Source of the DNA: an uncultured Pseudomonadota bacterium
GTDB taxonomy: Bacteria > Pseudomonadota > Gammaproteobacteria > Burkholderiales > JALYOK01
Assembly (NCBI GenBank): GCA_963840785.1
Contig: CAWJAF010000003.1
Location: 23,682 to 87,681, forward strand
Direction: 5' to 3'
Length of the DNA stretch: 64,000 nucleotides
The notes beneath the pieces are model-generated. The model was not told the DNA's origin and did not search any database. It worked only from the letters and a program-made list of their open reading frames with translations. Every line of letters begins with the position of its first letter. Position 1 is the stretch's first letter. This document shows positions 46,701 to 56,214 of the stretch, one piece after another. The position numbers were made by a program, and so were the translations under genes.

Positions 46701-47155
46701 CTCGTGATATTGAGCGTCGCCGTTCCAGAATTTTTTAGCGTCCCGATCAATGCTGCGCTCGTTGCACCCTGCACCACACTGCCAAAGGCAAGGCCGGTCG
46801 CCGGTGTCAGGGTCGCGATTGGCGCGGCGGGCGGGCCACACTGAGCTGAGATGTACGCAGCCATGTTGTCTACATCGACACTGGTCAGGAGGTTCAAGCC
46901 ATAAAACGTCTTAAGTGACGCCATTTCGGCGATACTATTGAACGCCAACACAATGCTCGCGTTGGTTGTTCCTTTGCAAATATTGTTTGTATTCTGAAAC
47001 GCAGTGGTGCCGTGACATCCCGATCCTAAACATCCCATGCCAGGTTTGGTTTTGCCTTCAAAAAGCGGTTGACCCAATGTGGCATCGCCCGCAGCAAACA
47101 CGCAGACGCTAATCAAAAACAGAAAAACTCCAATTACAGCGCGTAAATAATTCAT
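43764..47155 (-). pseudogene. Large secreted protein B (~1130 codons): CX4CH N-module plus nine Ig-like repeats plus GGGGC/TM/RKR tail, split by two frameshifts
   Basis: ORFs 44756..47155, 44338..44793 and 43764..44438 are consecutive pieces of one repeat protein. The junctions read KTVTV|SNSGTATL (near 44794) and IAIAGTQN|ADFSQTNGCGT (near 44415). N-terminus has GQPLFEGKTKPGMGCLGSGCHGT...DVDNMAAYISAQ. C-terminus is SGSGGGGCVMLKHGEADLALIALFLLSGLGLVVRKRQQ. Confidence 0.75.
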
Positions 47156-47654
47156 GGCCTACCCCTTCTAAACGTAGTTGTCCTATCGCGAAACCGTTCC
47201 AAGCCATGGCTGAATCTAGAAAGCGGTTTTGAGAACCCGCCGGAGATGAACTCTGATGCCTTAGGTGTTGCTCGAAAAATACCGTTATCGAGCCCGCAAC
47301 TAAGGTGAGAACATTTGTTATTGTGTGAATATTATTTGCACAATATACAATAATTATTATTTATGTGCAATTTATTTACACGTTGTTTTTTAGCGTTCGT
47401 AGCGATTGATTCCGACCGCGAGAATGAATTACCCGGAAATTGAGTTAAATATGGAGAGCCGCTCAATGCAAATCATGAGCGCTTTTACCTACTATGGATG
47501 GGTGTGCTTGCAAGTAACACTTAACTGCCAATCCTGGATACCGGGCCCCGCTCATTTTCGTGCTCGGTCAATTTCTGGGTGACTGCGCCTTTATTGACTA
47601 AATTCAGAACCTCGCAGAAATTTCTGCCTTTAAATAAATGTGTTGCGTCGAATT

Positions 47655-47672
47655 AATTGTTGTGTAACAATT
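47655..47672. promoter_or_regulatory. Palindromic candidate operator upstream of gene 47733
   Basis: AATTGTT-GTGT-AACAATT, perfect 7-bp arms, about 60 nt before ATG 47733, followed by CTGCACAA. Confidence 0.4.
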
Positions 47673-47732
47673 CTGCACAAATAATGATAATTCTGGGAGT
47701 GCTGCGAACTAACGAGCGCATTTACCATTGCC

Positions 47733-48629
47733 ATGAAACAGAAATCTGCTGGGCTGGAAATATCAACTGAGGTCTCATTTCGAGCGCTCCGAAAAATTTT
47801 TCGCCCTATCGTCAAATACATGATTGCCCGTGGCATTACCTTCCCGGCAGTAACTCAGCTCCTGAAATCCCTTTACGTTGAAGTCGCTAACGAAGAATTC
47901 CCATTGGCGGATCGGCGCGCAACTGACAGCCGCGTAAGCATGTTGACCGGAATCCACCGAGGTGAAGTGAAACGACTGACGGAGGATGGCGCAGCCGAAA
48001 GCGAAACTACGCCTAGCTCCGTTTCGTTGGGCGCCCAAGTTGTTGCGCGCTGGATCAGCGACCCGTTGTATCTAGACTCCCACGCGAATCCCGTTCCGCT
48101 GCCTCGTCATGCCAGCGATGGGGGTGACGCGTCCTTCGAATCACTTGTCGCCACTATTCGCCGGGATATTCGGTCGCGGCCGATGCTTGATGAATGGCTC
48201 CGCCTTGGGGTTGTAGCGTTAGATAATCAGGATCGGGTTTGCCTAAAGACAAAAGCATTTGTGCCGGAAAAGGGTAGTGAGGAAAAAGCATTTTATTTTG
48301 GCCAAAACCTACATGATCATATTTCCGTGAGCGTAAATAATATGCTAGGCGAACAGGATTCACTGCTTGAACGTAGCGTGTACTACCATCGTTTGACGCC
48401 AGCGTCGATCGAAACGCTAAAAAAACTCGCTACCGAACTAGGGATGCGCTCGGTTCAGGAGGTCAATCGTCTTGCGTCTCAACTAGATCGCCTCGACGGT
48501 GGGCGGCCCGACGCAAACCAGCGCATGAATTTTGGGATTTACTTCTTTCGAGGTGCGAGCGATGACATCGCACCGCCGCCGATTGAACCGGCCAAGATAA
48601 AACCGAATCCGCGCAGCAAGGGAAAATAA
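47733..48629 (+). CDS. Cytoplasmic protein of unknown function with an HTH-like segment (possibly DUF6502-like)
   Basis: 298 aa, no signal peptide. TDSRVSMLTGIHRGEVKRL resembles a helix-turn-helix. Family name is from memory and unverified. Confidence 0.5.
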   Translation: MKQKSAGLEISTEVSFRALRKIFRPIVKYMIARGITFPAVTQLLKSLYVEVANEEFPLADRRATDSRVSMLTGIHRGEVKRLTEDGAAESETTPSSVSLGAQVVARWISDPLYLDSHANPVPLPRHASDGGDASFESLVATIRRDIRSRPMLDEWLRLGVVALDNQDRVCLKTKAFVPEKGSEEKAFYFGQNLHDHISVSVNNMLGEQDSLLERSVYYHRLTPASIETLKKLATELGMRSVQEVNRLASQLDRLDGGRPDANQRMNFGIYFFRGASDDIAPPPIEPAKIKPNPRSKGK

Positions 48630-48637
48630 GGAAAATT

Positions 48638-50158
48638 TTGAAGTCGACGAATCGAAACCACATGGTGCTTTTTCTTAAGTTGTGCAATCGACAATTGCCT
48701 AGCCATTTCGGAATTACGCTAATCCTCTTAATCGGAAGTCTGCTCTCGGGGTGTGGCGGCGGCGTGGGTGGAACAGGCGGTGGAGGTGACGGCGGCGGGG
48801 GCAGTGGCGGCGGTGGCGTAGGCGGAACAGGTATTGTCTCAATGGGAACGGTAAAAAAAACGGAACCTGCAACTATCACCGTCAATAATACCGCCTACCA
48901 GATCACAGCAGAAACTAAAGTAACCCTCGACGGGAAAGGCGCGCCGGTGACGGATCTACAACCGGGTATGGTCGTCGAGGTGGACGCTTATAAATATACG
49001 GATACACAAATCACCGAGGCCGAAGTCATCACCTATAAAAATACGCTGACCGGGCCAATCAGTTCAATTAACGGAAATTGCGGTTCCATGGTAGTTCTAG
49101 GACAAATTATCGAGGCCGATACGCATACACTGCCGACACTGGTTAACGGATTATGCGACTACAGCATTGGTGAAATTGTTGAAGTTAGCGGCTACGTTAG
49201 CGATACCGTGTTGAACGCTATTCGTGCAACGTTTATTCGCATTAAGGCCGCTTCGCAAAAGGTCAACATGTCAGGGAATATCGCCAGCGTGTCGGCAGCC
49301 CAGAAAACATTTGTGATTGGCGCATTGACAATTGACTATGCAAATGCGGAGTTTGAGCCGTCTAACGCGGTGCCCGCGGTCGGTAGATTTGCAAGAGTGA
49401 GCGGCATTGCAACGGGCTTTGATACAGTCGCTGCGACCGAAGTTGAGATGAATCCAGAAGGCTTGGGCGGTAACGCGGGGAATGAAGCGGAGGTTACCGG
49501 GTTTGTCAGCAATCTGAGTGGGACAACGTTCACGGTGAACGGGCAAGCAATTAACGCAAGCAAAGCAAAAATCTCACCTGAAACCGCGACGCTTGCGAAT
49601 AGTGTGAAAGTGGAAGTACACGGCAAGCTCAACACGCAATCGGAGATCGACGCGAGCGAAATTGAAGTGAAATCAACATCTCCAATCAGTATTCAATCCA
49701 ATGTTGAAGCAATCAGTGCAAATGGATTGACGCTTTCGGGTATCGCCATTCTCGTGAACGATTCGACCCTATTCCAGGACGAAAGCGGCAATACGTCGAA
49801 ACTAAAATTAGCTGACATTCGCCCTAACGATCAAGTAACGATTTCCTGTTACCGAGACGCAAACGGAAATCTCGTGGCTCGAAAAGTTGAACTGAAAACT
49901 CCAAGCACGAAATTCACCGTCGAAGGCGATGTCGTAAGCGTGCAACCTAGCGGCTATTCGTTCTCGATACTTGCAGGCCTCGATATCACTGTCGTCATTG
50001 GAAACCTCACCGAGATAAAGAGTCATAATGGGCGATTGCTCAGCCCTGAAGAATTTCTTGCGCTTCTGAATCCGGGTTCGAGAGTAAAAGCCGAAGGTGT
50101 TCTAGGTTCAGCAAAATCACTTGACGCGACATCGGGTAAGGTCGAAATAAAGGATTGA
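48638..50158 (+). CDS. Lipoprotein with a poly-Gly linker and ~6 DUF5666-like beta repeats
   Basis: TTG 48638 after AAGGA. Lipobox LLSGC, followed by GGGVGGTGGGGDGGGGSGGGGVGGTG. Repeated G-x-[IV]-x-S-[IV]...F-x-[IV]-x-G units. Confidence 0.6.
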   Translation: MKSTNRNHMVLFLKLCNRQLPSHFGITLILLIGSLLSGCGGGVGGTGGGGDGGGGSGGGGVGGTGIVSMGTVKKTEPATITVNNTAYQITAETKVTLDGKGAPVTDLQPGMVVEVDAYKYTDTQITEAEVITYKNTLTGPISSINGNCGSMVVLGQIIEADTHTLPTLVNGLCDYSIGEIVEVSGYVSDTVLNAIRATFIRIKAASQKVNMSGNIASVSAAQKTFVIGALTIDYANAEFEPSNAVPAVGRFARVSGIATGFDTVAATEVEMNPEGLGGNAGNEAEVTGFVSNLSGTTFTVNGQAINASKAKISPETATLANSVKVEVHGKLNTQSEIDASEIEVKSTSPISIQSNVEAISANGLTLSGIAILVNDSTLFQDESGNTSKLKLADIRPNDQVTISCYRDANGNLVARKVELKTPSTKFTVEGDVVSVQPSGYSFSILAGLDITVVIGNLTEIKSHNGRLLSPEEFLALLNPGSRVKAEGVLGSAKSLDATSGKVEIKD

Positions 50159-50197
50159 GGATTTAAACGCGCTCGATTCAGGCACAATGCGACGCCA

Positions 50198-51133
50198 ATG
50201 ACAACGCTTTTTCGATTTAGCTTCCACGCCATGGCGAGCGAAAACGAACTCCAGCTCTATGTGAATGACCGCCCGGAAGCAGCCCGCGTAGCGGAACTCG
50301 CGTCCGAGGAAGTGCGGCGCATTGAACGAAAATTTTCCCGCTATCGAGACGATAGCCTCCTCACCCAAATCAATCAGGCCGCCGGCCGACATGCCGTACC
50401 TATCGATACCGAAACTGCCGCGCTGCTCGCCTATGCTGATGCGTGTTTTAAGAAAAGCAATGGTCTGTTCGATCTAACTTCGGGTGTGTTGCGGCGCTGC
50501 TGGAATTTTAAGGCAGCCCGTTTACCGGATCCCCAGCACCTCCGCGTAACGTTAGCATTAGTTGGGTGGGACAAAGTCCAATGGTCGACAACAGAAATCT
50601 ATCTGCCAACGCTCGGGATGCAACTCGATTTTGGCGGAATCGGCAAAGAGTATGCGGCCGATCGGGCCGCTGCCCTATGTCTTAACGAAGGGATCAATAG
50701 TGGGTTAGTAAATCTCGCCGGTGATATCCGAATTCTTGGCCCTCACCCAGACGGCTCGCCATGGCGAATCGGCATTAAGCACCCGCGCCAACCTGGCGCT
50801 ATTATCGCAAGCATTGATCTAAGATCAGGTGCGCTTGCAACTAGCGGCGACTATGAGCGATATTTTGAAATAGCGGGGCGACGTTATTCGCACATCTTAA
50901 ATGCGAAGACCGGCTACCCCGTCAGCGAATTACAAGCCGTGTCGGTGACCGTGCCATTGTGTAGCGTCGCCGGTAGTCTATCAACAATCGCCATGCTTAA
51001 AGGGCGGAAAGGGCCTCGATTTTTGCGATCGGAAAACGTTGGTTTCATTGCTGTTGATCAAGATGGAAAGATTAAATCCAACCTTGGATCGATGCTTGGT
51101 TTGCGTCATCACGACGAGTTTTCGTTGATTTAG
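50198..51133 (+). CDS. apbE: ApbE-family FAD:protein FMN transferase homologue without a recognisable signal peptide
   Basis: FHAMASENELQLY, FSRYRDDSLLTQIN, DFGGIGKEYAADRA, ATSGDYERYF and HILNAKTG are ApbE motifs. An in-frame TGA at 50156-50158 prevents any longer N-terminus. Confidence 0.85.
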   Translation: MTTLFRFSFHAMASENELQLYVNDRPEAARVAELASEEVRRIERKFSRYRDDSLLTQINQAAGRHAVPIDTETAALLAYADACFKKSNGLFDLTSGVLRRCWNFKAARLPDPQHLRVTLALVGWDKVQWSTTEIYLPTLGMQLDFGGIGKEYAADRAAALCLNEGINSGLVNLAGDIRILGPHPDGSPWRIGIKHPRQPGAIIASIDLRSGALATSGDYERYFEIAGRRYSHILNAKTGYPVSELQAVSVTVPLCSVAGSLSTIAMLKGRKGPRFLRSENVGFIAVDQDGKIKSNLGSMLGLRHHDEFSLI

Positions 51134-51171
51134 AATATCAGCAGCGCTCGCTACGGCGGGTAACGCATTTT

Positions 51172-52395
51172 CTATGGTGCGCTCGATAAGGATGCTGACC
51201 GCTGTCTGTTCATACGCAAATACCACGAGGACAGAACGACACCAAGGAAGGCCATCAACCCGGCAAATATTCCTAGTCCAACAAAACCGAAATAGATCAA
51301 TAACTGCACGCCACCCGACGCGGCAAGTAGCCAGCCGATGCTAGCCAACGTGATGTTGAAGCCGAGCACGGCGCCGCGGACTTCATTCGGCACTTCCGAT
51401 AGCGTCGCGACATAAAGCGGCCGGCCAAGCGCGTTGAAAAACGAATAGGCAAATCCGAGCACAATCGAAAACGTCACACTGACCGGCCATAGCAGCAATG
51501 GGATCACCAATGCGCCGGTGACCAGCAGCGATCCGGCGAACAACAGCATGCGCCGTTGGAAACGATCCGCAAGCTGGCCGCCGAGTAAGTTTCCGAGCAA
51601 ATTTCCAATCGCAACTAGCATCAACACCCACGCCAAATGCGAGAAAGACAGTGCATAATTTTGTTGGAAAAATGTGGCGAGATAAATGGCGACCGTGGCA
51701 AAGCACACGCGCTCCATTGAACCGGCGCCGAGCAAAATCATCAGTCGTGGATTGAGAATACTTTTGAACGAAACATGCTCGCGTCCGACAGCGACGTGAC
51801 GAGGTAGATCCGTCGGGACCAACCAGATGAGGCTCAGTAACGATAAAAATGCCAGCACAGCATGGACTTGAAACGCGCCACGCCAACCGGCGAAGGAACC
51901 GATATACGTGAGCAACGGCACGCCTAACACCATCGAAATCGATTGACCGGTGATCACCCAGCCGAGTGCGCGCCCGCGCAATTTGGCCGGCACATGATCG
52001 GAAACACATGCGAATACCGCGCCCAAGAATCCGCCACCGGCCAATCCGGCGACGACATGCCATGAAGTCGCCGCCCAGTAACTTTCAGCGAAAGAAAAGC
52101 CAACTCGCGTGATTGCCAACACCAACATTGAGCCGATGAGAATCGGCTTGCGCCCCACCCGATCGGACAAGCTTCCCGCGACCCACGATGTGATTCCCCA
52201 TGCGATCGCCGCGAAGGAAATCAAATGGGCGATTGCGGCAAGATCGCGCCCGACATCGCTGGCGATGACTTGCAAAAATGGCGCGAGCGAATTGCCCGAT
52301 GTCGTGACAATAAACGTACCGGCACAACAGGCAAACAGCAATGCGACCAGGCGAAGTTTCGATAACGTCGGCGCGGCTGGATGATCAGAAGAAAT
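51172..52395 (-). CDS. MFS transporter, start probably ATT at 52395
   Basis: 12-TM MFS pattern with DRVGRKP in loop 2-3. The ORF-track TTG 52341 starts inside TM1. The frame is open upstream (SSDHPAAPTLSKLRLVALLF) with ATT 52395 lying 7 nt after AAGG. No ATG or GTG is available. Confidence 0.7.
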   Translation of the reverse strand: MSSDHPAAPTLSKLRLVALLFACCAGTFIVTTSGNSLAPFLQVIASDVGRDLAAIAHLISFAAIAWGITSWVAGSLSDRVGRKPILIGSMLVLAITRVGFSFAESYWAATSWHVVAGLAGGGFLGAVFACVSDHVPAKLRGRALGWVITGQSISMVLGVPLLTYIGSFAGWRGAFQVHAVLAFLSLLSLIWLVPTDLPRHVAVGREHVSFKSILNPRLMILLGAGSMERVCFATVAIYLATFFQQNYALSFSHLAWVLMLVAIGNLLGNLLGGQLADRFQRRMLLFAGSLLVTGALVIPLLLWPVSVTFSIVLGFAYSFFNALGRPLYVATLSEVPNEVRGAVLGFNITLASIGWLLAASGGVQLLIYFGFVGLGIFAGLMAFLGVVLSSWYLRMNRQRSASLSSAP

Positions 52396-52577
52396 GGGAA
52401 CGCCTTACTTCGAATGGAATCGCCAGTGTACGCGGCGAGAAGATTAATTTCTAGTTAGAAAAGACTCTGCCCTGCGATCCGCTCCACGCTTGCCTTGCAG
52501 CACACCACGCGTGAAGAACCGCTATGGCAGACACTCTTCAGGCAGACATCGATTTGATTCAAGTTAAAAGCAAATCG

Positions 52578-54659
52578 CTAAAATTCAGTCCATTCTTCGT
52601 TGATTTGAGCCGGTACCGGTTCGGTGCGAACAGTTGAGGGCTGGCGTTGCCGAGTCGAAACACTCGGATTTGCGGCATGCACTTTGTTCAACGTAACCAT
52701 TGGCACTTCGGATGCGCGGCCGTCAACCTTAAAGCGGCCGACGGTGCTGACCAACGCGTTGGCTTGATCCTTGAGGGATTCGGTTGTTGCCGTGGCCTGT
52801 TGCACCATTGCGGCGTTTTGCTGATTGGCGTCGTCCATTTGAATCACGGCACGATTGACTTGGCCAATGCCATCGCTTTGTTCGCGCGAAGCGGCAGCAA
52901 TCTCGTTCATCAATGCGGCGACGCGCTTGGTGCTAATCAGGGATTCTTGAATCGTCTTTAACGTATCGTCTACAGAACGCACGCCGACCGAGACTTTTTC
53001 ACGAGTTTGCGCGACCAGACCTTTAATCTGTTTCGCCGCATCGGCTGAATGGTGCGCGAGGTTTCTCACTTCCGCCGCGACCACCGCAAAACCGCGGCCC
53101 TGCTCGCCGGCTCGCGCCGCTTCGACCGCCGCATTCAACGCCAAGATATTAGTTTGAAATGCAATGTTATCAATCAGCGAAATAATCTCGCCAATTTTCG
53201 CTGTACTCGCTTCAATTTCAGACATCGTAGTCGTAAGGTGCTTCATCGACGCGCGCCCTTCCTCTGCGGTCCGGGCAGAATCCTGCGATAACTCGTTCGC
53301 GTCACTGGCCGATTCCGCATTGCGCTGGACAGTGGCGGTGAGTTCTTCGAGGCTCGCGGACGTCTGCTCGATAGTTGAGGCTTGAGATTCTGTGCGCTGC
53401 GACAGATTTTCGTTCGCATCGGAAATTTGATTCGATGCGAGGTAAACATGTTCAGCCGCGCGATTAATTTCCAGTGTTAGCTCCGTTAATCGCATCTTGG
53501 TATCCCGCAAAGTATTGGTCAATGAACCAATTTCATCGCTCGCACGCGAGTCGATTTTTCCGGTCAAGTCGCCTTCGGCAACACGGCCCAATGCTTTTTT
53601 CAAGAATCCAATGCCCGATTTGACCGTGTAATAAAACGCAAAAAATAGGTAGAGCGCCAAGAGTAAACACAAAAAAGCAACCCCTTGGATTAGTATGTCT
53701 TGCTGTCGGTATTGTTTGATCCGCTTACTGATTAATGTATCGAGGCGCGGCAAGGCGCGTTCGGAGGCCTTGCTCAACTGATCAAATGCTGCGGTGCCCG
53801 ATTTGAAATAAGCCTCGGCAGTGATCACCGACAAGCCTCCAGCGCTCGTTATTGACGGCATGTCGTTGAGAAATTGTGAGACATCCGCGAGACCTTTTAA
53901 TGTTTCATCAAACGCTACTTTCAATTCGCTGGATTCCGCTATCGCAGTTTCAACACTGCCGCGAAGTTCAACATATCGTTCTCTGGCTAGACTCTCCAAA
54001 ACTACAAGCTTCGCCCGTTCGTCTGGCGTCAGTTCCGTGCGCATCACGAATCCGATCCCAACGCCACGAGCAATAGCGACGCGTTCAGACAATTTCGGCA
54101 AATTATTGGTGACGATATCCATCAAAAGATAGGATGCCGTATCGGAATCGAGAAGAAGATTGGATTTTAATGTGACCAAACTGATTAAACTTTGAATTTC
54201 TTTGACTATCTCCGTATGCTCGTCAAACATGCCTTCGGAATCCTGCGAATCGTCATTGACAGTGAGCGCATTGAGTTTGTTGTGCACCTTACCCCATTGC
54301 GCGGCCGAGCCGTAACTTAGGCCGAGTTCATTTTCCATCAAGTTGACTTCCGCGATGGTGGCGCGAATTTTTTTCTGAATGTCGTCGCGAATTGGCTTTT
54401 TCTGCTCGTAGCCCTTCGCAATCAAATAGGTTAAGTCGCGATGACCTTGGACGAGTCGTCCTAAAATAGTTAAGGGACGCAGATAACGAAGCCCATCGCG
54501 CTCGGCGGACATAAACTCGATCTGTTTTTGTGTTTCGGTAAAGTATAGAAATGCCGTGTACGCCAACGGCAGTAACATAAACAAGCTAACTAACAGGAAC
54601 TTTTGGACCAGGGAGAGCCGCCGCATCAACAGGATGCCCGGTGCAATCAGCGCTTTCAT
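52578..54659 (-). CDS. Methyl-accepting chemotaxis protein (large N-terminal sensor, HAMP, MA domain)
   Basis: Two TM segments flank a ~290-aa sensor region. HAMP. Signalling hairpin IAFQTNILALNAAVEAARAGEQGRGFAVVAAEVRNLA. Confidence 0.9.
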   Translation of the reverse strand: MKALIAPGILLMRRLSLVQKFLLVSLFMLLPLAYTAFLYFTETQKQIEFMSAERDGLRYLRPLTILGRLVQGHRDLTYLIAKGYEQKKPIRDDIQKKIRATIAEVNLMENELGLSYGSAAQWGKVHNKLNALTVNDDSQDSEGMFDEHTEIVKEIQSLISLVTLKSNLLLDSDTASYLLMDIVTNNLPKLSERVAIARGVGIGFVMRTELTPDERAKLVVLESLARERYVELRGSVETAIAESSELKVAFDETLKGLADVSQFLNDMPSITSAGGLSVITAEAYFKSGTAAFDQLSKASERALPRLDTLISKRIKQYRQQDILIQGVAFLCLLLALYLFFAFYYTVKSGIGFLKKALGRVAEGDLTGKIDSRASDEIGSLTNTLRDTKMRLTELTLEINRAAEHVYLASNQISDANENLSQRTESQASTIEQTSASLEELTATVQRNAESASDANELSQDSARTAEEGRASMKHLTTTMSEIEASTAKIGEIISLIDNIAFQTNILALNAAVEAARAGEQGRGFAVVAAEVRNLAHHSADAAKQIKGLVAQTREKVSVGVRSVDDTLKTIQESLISTKRVAALMNEIAAASREQSDGIGQVNRAVIQMDDANQQNAAMVQQATATTESLKDQANALVSTVGRFKVDGRASEVPMVTLNKVHAANPSVSTRQRQPSTVRTEPVPAQINEEWTEF

Positions 54660-55018
54660 CGGAGTTACCTCGATAAATTATTAATATATTTCTACATTAT
54701 ATTGATTTATTGTGTTTTTTCATAATATTGTTTTGGACTTTTTGACGGAATGCAATAGAAGCCACCATTTTCAACCTCGGGAAGCTCTGAATCAGTTTGA
54801 GTTCTAAAGGAGGCAAGGCGCGAACAAAAAATATCGACGCAGCATATGTATGATATGTAAGATATTTTTTGTGAGCAACGCAGGATCATGACGAAATTGG
54901 ACTTGTTCAGAGCTCCCCTAAGTCAAAACCCGCATGAATACTAAATCCCAGCACCGCATGGCTGCAGACCCGCACCACTATTGGCGTTCCAATGCATTGC
55001 GAAAAAACAATCGTAAAT

Positions 55019-56185
55019 TCAGTAGGTTCGCGGCAAACCTAAGACATGCTCAGCGACGTAAGCAAGGATGAGATTGGTAGAAATAGGTGCGACCTGATAA
55101 AGGCGGGTTTCACGAAATTTGCGTTCGACATCGTATTCGGCGGCAAAACCAAAGCCGCCGTGAGTTTGCAGGCAAACATTCGCGGCCTCCCACGACGCAT
55201 CCGCAGCAAGGAGTTTGGCCATATTCGCTTCCGCACCGCAGGGCACACCGGCATCGAACATTGCCGCCGCTTTGAAACGCATTAAATTCGCTGCTTCAAC
55301 GTTGACGTGGGCGCGGGCGATAGGAAACGCGACGCCCTGGTTTTGGCCGATGGGCCGATCGAACACGACGCGATCCTTAGCGTAGCGCGTGGCCTTTTCG
55401 ATGAACCAATGGCCGTCGCCGACGCATTCCGCCGCGATTAAAATGCGCTCGGCGTTCATGCCGTCCAGAATGTAGCGAAAGCCCCTGCCTTCTTCGCCGA
55501 TTAAATTTTCCGCCGGGACGTCGAAGTTGTCGAAAAACACTTCGTTGGTTTCGTGGTTCGGCATATTGCGAATCGGCTTCAGGGTCATGCCTTTTTTCTC
55601 GGCATCCTTAAGTTCGAGCAAAAACACGGATAAACCTTCGGATTTTTTCTTCACTTCGGCCAGCGGCGTAGTACGTGCCAACAGCAACATCAAGTCAGAA
55701 TGTTGCACGCGCGAGGTCCAAACTTTTTGGCCATTGACGATGTAGCGATCGCCCTTTTTTACGGCAGTGGTTTTGAGCTTTGTCGTATCGGAACCGGTGG
55801 TTGGCTCGGTGACCGCAAAGGATTGCAAGCGCAGCTCGCCTTTGGCGATCCGCGGCAAATAGCGCTGCTTTTGTTCGTCAGAGCCGTGCCGCAGCACCGT
55901 ACCCATCACATACATTTGTGCGTGACAAGCGCCGGAATTCGCGCCGGAACGATTCACTTCCTCAAGAATAATCGACGCTTCTGTGATACCCAAACCTGAA
56001 CCGCCATATTGCTCGGGTATCAGCGCGGACAACCAACCGGCTTCTGTTAACGCCTTAACGAACGCTTCCGGATAAGCGCGAGCCTCATCGAGTTTTTGCC
56101 AATAATCTGAGCCGAAATCCGCGCAGAGCGAACGCACGCCGCGGCGAATTTCGTCGTGCTCTGAATGTGAAGATTTTTTTAACAT
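55019..56185 (-). CDS. Acyl-CoA dehydrogenase
   Basis: AVTEPTTGSD, GQKVWTS and C-terminal LQTHGGFGFAAEYDVERKFRE. ATG 56185 preferred over the TTG at 56206. Confidence 0.9.
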   Translation of the reverse strand: MLKKSSHSEHDEIRRGVRSLCADFGSDYWQKLDEARAYPEAFVKALTEAGWLSALIPEQYGGSGLGITEASIILEEVNRSGANSGACHAQMYVMGTVLRHGSDEQKQRYLPRIAKGELRLQSFAVTEPTTGSDTTKLKTTAVKKGDRYIVNGQKVWTSRVQHSDLMLLLARTTPLAEVKKKSEGLSVFLLELKDAEKKGMTLKPIRNMPNHETNEVFFDNFDVPAENLIGEEGRGFRYILDGMNAERILIAAECVGDGHWFIEKATRYAKDRVVFDRPIGQNQGVAFPIARAHVNVEAANLMRFKAAAMFDAGVPCGAEANMAKLLAADASWEAANVCLQTHGGFGFAAEYDVERKFRETRLYQVAPISTNLILAYVAEHVLGLPRTY

Positions 56186-56214
56186 GAGTCCGCCACGATA
56201 CTGCAATTAAAGAA

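Noticed and set aside
44002-46844. Long plus-strand ORFs (233, 146, 166, 340 and 131 aa) across the giant repeat gene
   Set aside because: They are antisense shadows of the minus-strand repeat gene. Their products are low-complexity (A/V/P/L-rich) with no motifs, no SD and no independent start context. The minus strand gives a coherent repeat protein.
43764-47155. Tandem ~270-bp DNA periodicity as a satellite or mobile repeat
   Set aside because: The periodicity is fully explained by the ~90-aa protein domain repeats. Copies are diverged at the DNA level and stay in one coding frame apart from the two lesions.
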